Part shown: in pieces, positions 56,516-64,000 of the stretch | Layout of the letters: each line of letters opens with the position of its first letter | Numbering within the stretch: position 1 is the stretch's first letter | Origin: Candidatus Nomurabacteria bacterium | GTDB lineage: Bacteria > Patescibacteriota > Minisyncoccia > Phycocordibacterales > SBAW01 | Direction of reading: 5' to 3' | NCBI GenBank assembly: GCA_943356415.1 | Contig: CALREW010000002.1 | Coordinates: 128,325 to 192,324 of the forward strand | Length of the DNA: 64,000 nt | Notes under the pieces: model-generated | The model's input: only the letters and a program-made list of their open reading frames with translations | What the model was told of the DNA's origin: nothing | The model's database searches: none | Program-made: the position numbers and the translations under genes

Positions 56516-58019
56516 TCACCTTAGTATAAAGACGCATCATAGAGAGCGCTAGCGGGACAAGAAGCGCATAGCTCACGAAAATAAGCGGTGTTTGGAGTCT
56601 CGCTACGTCGATACTTGCCCCTGGCACGGCAGCTGCGGTTTGAGCAACGTGCACGATGAACCACAGCAAACTAGCTGAGGGGAGCATCGGCAAAAAGGCG
56701 ATGCTACTTGAGAAAAGACCTACGCCTGCGGCGATTGCTCCGAACAACATCGACGCAGGTACGAGTGGTAGTGCAAGAATGTTTGCTGGAAGCGCGACAA
56801 GTGAGAGTTGTCCGGTATAAAAAATGAGCGCCGGCAAAACAAAACACTGGGTCGCGAGCGTCGCAGAGGCAATCTCTCTTAGACCTGCCCGCACAGATAC
56901 AAAATGTAACTTTGCAGAAAAGAAGGGACCGAGCGTGATAAGACCGAATGTTGCGAGAAACGAAAGTACAAACGATGGATCGTGAGCAATGATCAACGGG
57001 TTGTACAAAACCATGCCGGAAGCAGCAAGGATGAGTGAGCGAAGCGCCAACGATGGGCGACGAAGCATTTGAGCGACCAATGCAATAAGCGCCATGCATG
57101 CAGCACGAATAACAGTCGCAGTGAACCCGACCATTGCAGAAAAAAGTAGGATACTAATGCCACCGAGAATAAGTCGCGCGCGGTTTGATAAGCGTGGAAT
57201 CAAGGAGAGAAGCCATATGCATGCAACCGCGACAACCGTCAGGTTATACCCAGAGAGCACCACAATATGGACGAGACTCGAGCGACGAAACGCATCCGTT
57301 ACTTTTTTAGGAAGCGCATCTTGTTCGCCAAGGAGCATCCCTTCGAGCAACCCTCCCTGCGGTTCAGGAAACACGCTTTGTATTGAGTCTTCAAGCGCGT
57401 GTTTGAAACTGAAAAGTGTCCCGAGCGGAGAGCAACAAGACGCTTTTTGGCCTACTTCTATTGAAGGTCTAAACACCACCGCGCCAATTCCCTTTGCGGC
57501 AAGGTATCCAGGGTAATCGAACGTCGCTCCCGTGTCGGTCTCAAAAGGCTCGGGCAACGATAACTCACCTCGAACTTCTAAGCGGTCTCCGTATGCAATA
57601 GCGCTTCCCCTGTCAGCAAAAAGCATAATCCGGCCAGAAGCCACACCTGCGCCTATTTCTTCAACCTCAAGTACGACGTGCGTGCTCTTTTCACTCTTCT
57701 GCGGATCTAGAATAACGCGCCCAACAATGGTCTCGTCGCGTCCAATGTGGGTCAAAAGAGGGACGGCTACGTCAGTGACGAGCAGAACACGTAAACAACC
57801 GAGCGCACACGCCGCAAGCGCGACGGATACGATGCCTACACGTACATGGAGTATTCCTAGAGACGACAGTGCTAAGAATGCGGCCGCGAGGAGCACGAGT
57901 ACAAAAACAAAAGCACTACCAAAATTGACAAGCGAGTAGAGGAGCGCCCCGAAAAGGAATGCGACTGCGGCTACTTGTAAAAATAATGCGCCTTCATGCG
58001 CCTTTATCCATTGCGGCAT
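56481..58019 (-). CDS. comEC: DNA internalisation competence protein ComEC/Rec2, membrane channel part
   Basis: 512 aa polytopic membrane protein with the competence-domain motif LVHIVVLSGYNLTVVA. It lacks the MBL domain, which is encoded separately at 53367..54248. Confidence 0.8.
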   Translation of the reverse strand: MPQWIKAHEGALFLQVAAVAFLFGALLYSLVNFGSAFVFVLVLLAAAFLALSSLGILHVRVGIVSVALAACALGCLRVLLVTDVAVPLLTHIGRDETIVGRVILDPQKSEKSTHVVLEVEEIGAGVASGRIMLFADRGSAIAYGDRLEVRGELSLPEPFETDTGATFDYPGYLAAKGIGAVVFRPSIEVGQKASCCSPLGTLFSFKHALEDSIQSVFPEPQGGLLEGMLLGEQDALPKKVTDAFRRSSLVHIVVLSGYNLTVVAVACIWLLSLIPRLSNRARLILGGISILLFSAMVGFTATVIRAACMALIALVAQMLRRPSLALRSLILAASGMVLYNPLIIAHDPSFVLSFLATFGLITLGPFFSAKLHFVSVRAGLREIASATLATQCFVLPALIFYTGQLSLVALPANILALPLVPASMLFGAIAAGVGLFSSSIAFLPMLPSASLLWFIVHVAQTAAAVPGASIDVARLQTPLIFVSYALLVPLALSMMRLYTKVNGKDAAGMSIL

Positions 58020-58416
58020 TGGCTAATGCATCGGCAATCTTATTTTTCTCACGCGGCACATGCACGTAGGAAATAATTGGAAAACTTTTTTCTATTAAAA
58101 TCTGCGCCTCCGCGTAGAGCGGTTTGAGATTCGGGTGTTTCACTTTATATCTTCCCTGTAATTGTCGGATCACTAACTCACTATCCATCCGTATTTCAAC
58201 GGTTATTTCTTTAAGGCTCGTCCCGAATTTCTTCTTAGCGACTTTCAGTCCTTCAATAAGTGCCGTGTATTCGGCGACATTGTTTGTCGTGTGTCCGAGA
58301 AACTTAGAGACTTCAGCAATAACGGTGCCGTCAGTAGAGAGAACTGCCGAGCCTGCACCGGCAGGACCAGGGTTTCCTCGAGCGCCGCCATCAGCGTATA
58401 TGTAAATCTTTTCCAT
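57994..58416 (-). CDS. rnhA: ribonuclease HI
   Basis: IYADGGARGNPGPAG, NNVAEYTAL and the DSELV / ADALAN catalytic residues. Confidence 0.85.
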   Translation of the reverse strand: MEKIYIYADGGARGNPGPAGAGSAVLSTDGTVIAEVSKFLGHTTNNVAEYTALIEGLKVAKKKFGTSLKEITVEIRMDSELVIRQLQGRYKVKHPNLKPLYAEAQILIEKSFPIISYVHVPREKNKIADALANAAMDKGA

Positions 58417-58504
58417 TGCGCCTCACTATACCCCATGAGATGGGCTCCTTATCTAATCTGCAGAACTGAGTCTTCTGTATCTCACGGGGTATACCGCACC
58501 GCCC

Positions 58505-60199
58505 CTATATCACGTCGACAATGCGCAAGCGCGCGCGGCGATCCATCGACGAACGCTCGAGATGAGCTACCACGTCGACACGATTACCTATTTCTGGTTT
58601 TTTTGTAAATGTTTCCGGCGTTGAAAAAAATGCGATAGCAGAGAGTTTAGCGTCCCACTCGTCAGTGAGTGTCAGTTCAATATGATTTCCGATTTTTCCA
58701 AACGTCTTTATATGGGCTACGTGCGCACCGGGAATAAGAAATAGCGGCTTTTCGTTGCCAATTCCAAATGGTGCCAACTTCTCAAGTTGAGGCAATGCAC
58801 GCACCGCATCTGCAAGAACAAGTTCTTTGTCGATATAGGAAGGTTCCGCAACAACACCGCGTTGTCTAAGCGCTTCATATGACTGCGTAAGTCTTTCTTT
58901 CAACGAATGAACGCTTGCGTCATCAAGCGAAAAGCCGCCCGAGAACTTATGACCACCAAAGTCAGCGAAGATATCCTTTGCTCCTGCCATAAGCTCCACC
59001 ATATTCATATTTCCGTCGGAACGAACGGATCCTTTGATGGTAGTTCCTCCTTCCCTACCCCACAGCACCACCGGCTTTCCGTATGTCTCTGCGATGGAAT
59101 TCGCGACAAGCCCAAGAAGCCCAGGACGCCATGCAGGATTACCCATAACAATAATTCCTTCAGGGACACCTTCTTCCTCGAGGCGTGCTTTTGCTTCTTT
59201 TACCATCGCTGCCACAGTGCCTTTACGAGCGTCATTCATGCGCGTAAGTTCCTTGGCAATTGTTTTCCCCGACGCGTCATCTGCTGCCGTAAGCATCTCG
59301 AAAGCTAACCGCGGTTCATCCATGCGCGAAGCAGCATTGATGCGCGGCGCGATAGTGAACCCAATATCCTCTTCCGTAAGCATATCTGCGCGTGTGCGTG
59401 CCAAAGCGAGGAGCGCGCGCAATCCTGGGCGCCGATTCTTGCGCATCACCACGAGACCAAAATGTACAAGCGCGCGATTCTCACCAACAAGCGGCATCAT
59501 ATCGGCGACCGTTGCGAGCCCAACAAGATCAAGCAGCCATTTCTCCTGACCCGGAGCAACGCCAAAACGATTTCTGCTCAGGACCGCTTGAATAAGTTTC
59601 CATGCGACACCGGTGCCAGAGAGTCCGTCGAACGGATATTTATTATCGAGGCGTTTTGGATTAATGACCGCAAACCCTTCAGGAAGTTTCTCCGGAGGCA
59701 AGTGGTGGTCGGTGACGATAACTTCAAGCCCAATACTATTTGCATGCGCGACGGGCCCTACGTCAGTAATGCCTGAGTCGACCGTGAGAATTAAAGAGAC
59801 TCCCTCGTCTTTAAGTTTAGTCAGCCCGTCATTATTAAGTCCGTACCCTTCCAAATGGCGGTGCGGAATGTAATTTACAAAATTGTGATATCCGATGAGT
59901 TTAAAAAAATCGTGCAGGAGCGCTCCGCCTGGGATGCCATCACAATCGTAATCGCTCCAAATACCTATTTTTTCACCTCGCTCAATCGCCTTAAGAATAC
60001 GCTCGACGGCCGGTTCCATGTCAGGCAGGAGGAACGGATCGTGGGAGTGCCGCTCAAAAGAAGGTGAAAGAAATTCCTTCGCCTCCTCAGTATCAGTCAC
60101 CCCGCGACTCCACAAAAGTTCCCGTACAAGCTCTGGGTGGGCAGCAAGGTTCTGGTGTGCCTCTGCAGGCGCTTTCTCTCGTAAGGTGTACTCGGCCAT
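58505..60199 (-). CDS. recJ: single-stranded-DNA-specific exonuclease RecJ
   Basis: DHH motifs DYDCDG and VIVTDHH, followed by a DHHA1 region. Confidence 0.85.
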   Translation of the reverse strand: MAEYTLREKAPAEAHQNLAAHPELVRELLWSRGVTDTEEAKEFLSPSFERHSHDPFLLPDMEPAVERILKAIERGEKIGIWSDYDCDGIPGGALLHDFFKLIGYHNFVNYIPHRHLEGYGLNNDGLTKLKDEGVSLILTVDSGITDVGPVAHANSIGLEVIVTDHHLPPEKLPEGFAVINPKRLDNKYPFDGLSGTGVAWKLIQAVLSRNRFGVAPGQEKWLLDLVGLATVADMMPLVGENRALVHFGLVVMRKNRRPGLRALLALARTRADMLTEEDIGFTIAPRINAASRMDEPRLAFEMLTAADDASGKTIAKELTRMNDARKGTVAAMVKEAKARLEEEGVPEGIIVMGNPAWRPGLLGLVANSIAETYGKPVVLWGREGGTTIKGSVRSDGNMNMVELMAGAKDIFADFGGHKFSGGFSLDDASVHSLKERLTQSYEALRQRGVVAEPSYIDKELVLADAVRALPQLEKLAPFGIGNEKPLFLIPGAHVAHIKTFGKIGNHIELTLTDEWDAKLSAIAFFSTPETFTKKPEIGNRVDVVAHLERSSMDRRARLRIVDVI

Positions 60200-60222
60200 T
60201 CGGGTCAGTATACAATCATGGG

Positions 60223-60633
60223 ATGGAGGACTGTATTTTCTGCAAAATTATCCGTGGTGAAATACCTGCCGCCAAGGTATACGAGGACGACAATGTTTTA
60301 GCATTTCTCGATATCCACCCCGTGCGAGAAGGACACACCCTGGTTATTCCAAAACAGCACGTCTCTGAATTCCAAGAGATGGAGACTCCCTCATACGAAA
60401 AAGTAATGGGGGCGGTAAAGAAGATAGCTAAAACACTCCGCAAAAATACGGACGCTAAGCGTGTGGGGATTTCAATAATTGGATTCGATGTTCCTCACGC
60501 ACACGTGCATGTCATACCTCTTCATGAAACTGACGACATCACCTCACAACGCAAAATTGATGGGTTGTTGGGCAATCCAACTCAAGAAGAGCGCGCAGAG
60601 ACAGCGGAAAAAATACGGGCTGCACTTTCTTAA
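60223..60633 (+). CDS. HIT-family hydrolase (second paralogue)
   Basis: CIFCKII and the histidine triad VPHAHVHVIP. Start set at MEDCIF. Confidence 0.8.
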   Translation: MEDCIFCKIIRGEIPAAKVYEDDNVLAFLDIHPVREGHTLVIPKQHVSEFQEMETPSYEKVMGAVKKIAKTLRKNTDAKRVGISIIGFDVPHAHVHVIPLHETDDITSQRKIDGLLGNPTQEERAETAEKIRAALS

Positions 60634-60637
60634 AAGA

Positions 60638-61795
60638 TCAACGATTTTTAAGTACGGCGAGAAATTCGGGGACTGCAATTGAGGTGGCACTATAGGTGAG
60701 GTGTATATCCAGGTGCGTGCGAACCTGCTCCGACATCGACTGGTCAAATATTCTGAGGATAAGTTTCAGTGCTGGAGAGAACGACCTGGCATTTAGACCA
60801 ACTTCCATATTGACGTAGTCATCGTCTATCACTGACAGCAAAGCTTTAGCGGCGCTTACGTTTGCGTCTTCGAGTACTCGCGGTGAACGTGCGTCACCGA
60901 TATAGACATCTGCTCCCAAATTCCGAAAATGACGTATTGCAGGCGATGATTCATTAGATTCAATAATAATAAGTTTCTCTCCTCGTTCAAGAATCCCTTC
61001 GGCGATGAAATAACCCAATCTCCCAAGTCCGCAGAGAATGATGTGGTTTCGGTGACGATACCGTTTGCGCCCCAGAGAGAGCTCCACTCTCTTTTTTATG
61101 ACTCGATCGATCGTGAGAGAAAAAATAAGCCAGATAAAGAATGTGGAGAGAATGATGAGCCCTATACCGGCAACTTTACTTTCAGGAGATGCGTTTAGAA
61201 GATTTATATCGCCGTACCCTACAGTCGCAACCGTAACAATCACAAAATATAGCGCGTCGAGCCACGGAAGCCCGTCGTACAAATGGAAGTAGCAGACCGC
61301 AATACCAATGAGCAAGAGGAACGAGCTAACTAGAATCGTGATGAGGCGGTCCGTTCCCTTTTCTTTTTCACGATCAAGAGGCGTGGGTTTGTAACGCAAC
61401 GCCCGCTCGACCGGACGATCGAGTCCTGCAATAAAAACCGGCGCTGCTATCCGCGCCGGATTTAGAATACGGACATTTGGATGGGCGGCGCGTATATGTG
61501 GGCTTACTCGTTCATTAAAGAGTGAGATAGTGATTGGCAATTTGCTGTTGATCGAAGAAAGAGCGATGAATGTACGGATGTTCGCTTCATCTTTGTCGTC
61601 AACGAGATACGTCATCAAAAACCTGCCGGGATTGAGTGCTGAGAGGTCCTCAACAATGCCATCAAACGTACCTCCATCGTCCCCTTTCAAGTTGGGAGGC
61701 AAAAATTCTTCAATTTTGTAGCCCGCCAACTGTGCCTGCACTTTCAAGCGACGGGCCAGATGTCCAGAACCAATGATGAGGAGTTTGTCGTTCAT
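60638..61795 (-). CDS. potassium channel with RCK/TrkA domains
   Basis: Selectivity filter TVGYGD between two TM helices, flanked by the Rossmann-type motifs LIIGSGHLARRL and IILCGLGRLG. Confidence 0.75.
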   Translation of the reverse strand: MNDKLLIIGSGHLARRLKVQAQLAGYKIEEFLPPNLKGDDGGTFDGIVEDLSALNPGRFLMTYLVDDKDEANIRTFIALSSINSKLPITISLFNERVSPHIRAAHPNVRILNPARIAAPVFIAGLDRPVERALRYKPTPLDREKEKGTDRLITILVSSFLLLIGIAVCYFHLYDGLPWLDALYFVIVTVATVGYGDINLLNASPESKVAGIGLIILSTFFIWLIFSLTIDRVIKKRVELSLGRKRYRHRNHIILCGLGRLGYFIAEGILERGEKLIIIESNESSPAIRHFRNLGADVYIGDARSPRVLEDANVSAAKALLSVIDDDYVNMEVGLNARSFSPALKLILRIFDQSMSEQVRTHLDIHLTYSATSIAVPEFLAVLKNR

Positions 61796-61825
61796 CGCGC
61801 TCAGTATACGGCATGAGAAGGGAGG

Positions 61826-61870
61826 TAACCCAATAGAAAAGGCCGGCGGTTCCCCGCCGGCCTTCCCTTA
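61826..61870 (-). terminator. GC-rich terminator after the VWA cassette
   Basis: The minus strand reads aaggccggcgg-ggaa-ccgccggcctt followed by ttctattgg. Confidence 0.65.
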
Positions 61871-61888
61871 TTGCTGGGGTGAAAACGG

Positions 61889-63016
61889 CTATTCGCCGTC
61901 GCCACCACCGCCACCACCGCCGTCGCCACCACCGCCACCACCGCCGTCGCCACCACCGCCGCCGCCAGCATCGGTATCGACGGTGTCGACTTCCACTGCA
62001 ACGGGGTTAACGCGGTTGTTGCCCACGTCGCCGTCGTTGAGACCGTTGCCCACCTGGGCTTCGGTTTCCTGCTGGCTTTCGGCGAACTGCGTTGCCGGCA
62101 CGTCGTCGGCGCTCGTCACCTCGCCATCGTGGGCGAAGCCTCCGAGCTGATTGCCGTCTTCGCCCATCGAGCCGAGGCTCGGGTCGAAATCGGCCGGCAG
62201 ATCGGCGTCGGCCTGCTGGAGCTCTTCCGGCAAGTCGAGGAGCGACTTGAACGGCTCGTCGAACAGGTTGACGTCGGTATCGACGGCATCCTGCAGCGAC
62301 TGCGTCGTGCCGTCGATACCCATCGCCGCGAAGCGGTCCGCCTCCGAGAAGGCGGGCGCAGCGGCGTTGGCATCGCTGGGACGCAGCAGCATGTAGGCGA
62401 GGCCGAGGCCAGCCGCCGCGGTGAGGCCGGCGACGACCGGATTCACGCGCCCTCCGAGACCGAGGCGACCGAGAAGACCTTGCCGCGGACCGTTGTTGTT
62501 CCGGCCGGCGACATGGACGTTCATGGTCGTTTCCTTCGGGATGCCCATCGTCTGGGCAACCTTCCAGGCATCGATGTTGGCGCCCAGGAAGATGATCACC
62601 CAACCCTGAGCACGGCGTTCGGCGATCTTCTGCTTCACGTCGTCGAGGGTGTACTTCTTGGATGCGTTTTCCAACCCATCGGTGAAGATGACGAGCGTGT
62701 ACTTGACGCCGGCCTCCTCCACACCGTCCGTGAGCGCCGACATGATGGCGTCCAGGAGCGGCGTGAGCGCGCGGGGCTCGTACTCGTCTTCCTTGAGCAG
62801 CTCGATCTCGGAGACCTTGCCGTTACGGAGAACGTCGAAACCCTGGCTGTCCCACTGGACCAGCTTGAAGGCGGCGTCGCGGGCGACCGGGTCGGCCTTG
62901 AGCTTGCCGAGGTAGGCATTGATGCCTTCCACGACGGGGTCCTTCCACTGCGCCATCGAACCGCTGCGATCGACAGTCTTACGGACTTCGTACCTCTGAC
63001 TCGTTTGATCGGCCAT
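61889..63016 (-). CDS. VWA-domain protein with C-terminal Gly/Asp tandem repeat, very high-GC cassette
   Basis: MIDAS-like DRSGSM and FTDGLEN. The C-terminus is DAGGGGGGDGGGGGGGDGGGGGGGDGE, encoded by three tandem 24-nt units. GC looks above 60% with extreme G/C third positions. Confidence 0.55.
   Translation of the reverse strand: MADQTSQRYEVRKTVDRSGSMAQWKDPVVEGINAYLGKLKADPVARDAAFKLVQWDSQGFDVLRNGKVSEIELLKEDEYEPRALTPLLDAIMSALTDGVEEAGVKYTLVIFTDGLENASKKYTLDDVKQKIAERRAQGWVIIFLGANIDAWKVAQTMGIPKETTMNVHVAGRNNNGPRQGLLGRLGLGGRVNPVVAGLTAAAGLGLAYMLLRPSDANAAAPAFSEADRFAAMGIDGTTQSLQDAVDTDVNLFDEPFKSLLDLPEELQQADADLPADFDPSLGSMGEDGNQLGGFAHDGEVTSADDVPATQFAESQQETEAQVGNGLNDGDVGNNRVNPVAVEVDTVDTDAGGGGGGDGGGGGGGDGGGGGGGDGE
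61895..61968. repeat. tandem 24-nt repeat x3 encoding (G7D)n
   Basis: Plus-strand unit gtcgccaccaccgccaccaccgcc, iterated. Confidence 0.8.
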
Positions 63017-63094
63017 GCCGACCTCCTAGTTGTGTGGTTATCCAATTGTGGTGGAAGCATGCCTAGGGACTAGGCACACTCTCATCCAATGACT

Positions 63095-63123
63095 ATTGTA
63101 GGACAATAATAGTATAAAGTCAA
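63095..63123 (-). promoter_or_regulatory. near-consensus sigma70 promoter TTGACT-N17-TACAAT, with a downstream palindromic candidate operator
   Basis: The minus strand reads ttgactttatactattattgtcctacaat. The palindrome gcctagtccctaggc lies between the promoter and the RBS taggaggt. Confidence 0.55.
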
Positions 63124-63158
63124 TACTTCTCTTCGTCTAAAAACGTTGCAGTTCAGGC

Positions 63159-64000
63159 CTACTTTAGCGCCTCAAGCCCGGGCAAAGTGCCATCGGCGAG
63201 GAACTCCAACATCGCTCCCCCACCCGTTGAGAGGAAGACTCGTTCACTATCAAAATTGGTCTTTGTAAGTGCGGCTATAGTATCCCCGCCGCCAACAACC
63301 GCATGCGCGTTTGAACGCACCAATGCATGCGCGAGTGCTTCAGTCTCTGCATTAAACCCGCGCTCATAGATACCTAAGGGGCCGTTCATAAGAACGAAAC
63401 CTGCCTCCTCTATATATTGAGACCATTTCTTTCCCGTCGCAGGTCCCGCGTCGGCGGTGCGCTCGTCAGGGCGGATATCTTCCGGCGCTGCGACACGAGA
63501 AGAAGTTTCCGTTGCTAAAACTAAGTCTACTGGCAACTCGATACGTGGGTTTAAAACAAGCTCAGCGAGTTCGGGCGATTTCTCTGACGTAAGAGAGACT
63601 CCAACAGACAATCCTTTGGCACGAAAAAAATCATTTACAATCGCTCCTCCGATACACACACGGTCATACACAGGAAGCAATTTTTTAATAAGCGGTTCTT
63701 TCGTTTCAAATTTTGCTCCTCCAAAAATAGCGAGTGCGGGATGCTCCGGCGCAAGCGCTCGTGAGAGACGTGCAATTTCTTCAATCACTAACAGCCCCGC
63801 ATACGAGGGTAACTGTTTTGCAACACCAACAACGGATGAATGCGTGCGATGCGAGTCAGCAAACGCGTCGTTAACATAGATATCAGCAAGCGCGGCGAGT
63901 GAACGTGCAAGCGCTTCATCATTTTCTTCCTCACCTCTAAGCTTGCGCACGTTATCTAGCATCAACAATTCCCCTTCGCGTAAAGTGTTTACTTCATCAA
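63159..64000 (-). CDS. pgk: phosphoglycerate kinase, C-terminal ~280 aa (N-terminus runs off window end)
   Basis: FGGAKFETKEPLIKKLL, the hinge, and GGGDT / GGGA nucleotide-binding motifs. The frame stays open to the window edge. Confidence 0.85.
   Translation of the reverse strand, partial: DEVNTLREGELLMLDNVRKLRGEEENDEALARSLAALADIYVNDAFADSHRTHSSVVGVAKQLPSYAGLLVIEEIARLSRALAPEHPALAIFGGAKFETKEPLIKKLLPVYDRVCIGGAIVNDFFRAKGLSVGVSLTSEKSPELAELVLNPRIELPVDLVLATETSSRVAAPEDIRPDERTADAGPATGKKWSQYIEEAGFVLMNGPLGIYERGFNAETEALAHALVRSNAHAVVGGGDTIAALTKTNFDSERVFLSTGGGAMLEFLADGTLPGLEALK

Noticed and set aside
62007-63073. Plus- and minus-strand ORFs (198 aa, 314 aa, 141 aa) overlapping the VWA high-GC gene
   Set aside because: They are overlapping alternative frames of a more-than-60%-GC gene with extreme Arg/Pro/Ala bias. 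Only the frame containing the MIDAS motif looks like a real protein.
1-64000. CRISPR arrays, rRNA genes, integrases/recombinases, restriction-modification or toxin-antitoxin pairs
   Set aside because: No regularly spaced direct repeats, no rRNA-like segments, and no tyrosine or serine recombinase motifs were seen on either strand. Only the Y1 HuH transposase is present.

Overview
This 64-kb window looks like a small genome of moderate GC (about 50% by eye) with features typical of the Candidate Phyla Radiation (Patescibacteria). A contiguous ribosomal-protein block sits on the minus strand. It runs str (rpsL-rpsG-fusA-tuf), S10 (rpsJ-rplC-rplD-rplW-rplB ... rpsS-rplV-rpsC-rplP-rpmC-rpsQ), spc (rplN-rplX-rplE-rpsZ-rpsH-rplF-rplR-rpsE-rplO-secY) and then adk-map. 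Ribosomal protein L30 is absent between rpsE and rplO. Other housekeeping genes are recG, ftsH, smpB plus a one-piece tmRNA, infC-rpmI-rplT, ndk, cmk, gmk, a malic enzyme, a split ComEC, recJ, rnhA, two HIT proteins, a Fe/Mn superoxide dismutase, a potassium channel and a partial pgk. There are two tRNAs, Ser-GCU and an unusual Ile-UAU. The most striking observation is that the conserved operons are interrupted at intergenic points by at least about 10 compositionally foreign cassettes of high GC (about 58-65% by eye, strong G/C-ending codon bias). Each cassette has its own sigma70-like promoter and a GC-rich intrinsic terminator. They carry pyrD+pyrC, purE, a YvcK-HAD fusion, an S41 peptidase, a VWA protein with a Gly/Asp repeat tail, and several unknown secreted or membrane proteins. 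An IS200/IS605-type TnpA flanked by identical perfect palindromes also sits inside the S10 operon. The pattern fits repeated horizontal acquisition from a high-GC donor, for example an actinobacterial host of an episymbiont, but that is inference. All GC statements are by inspection, not computed.
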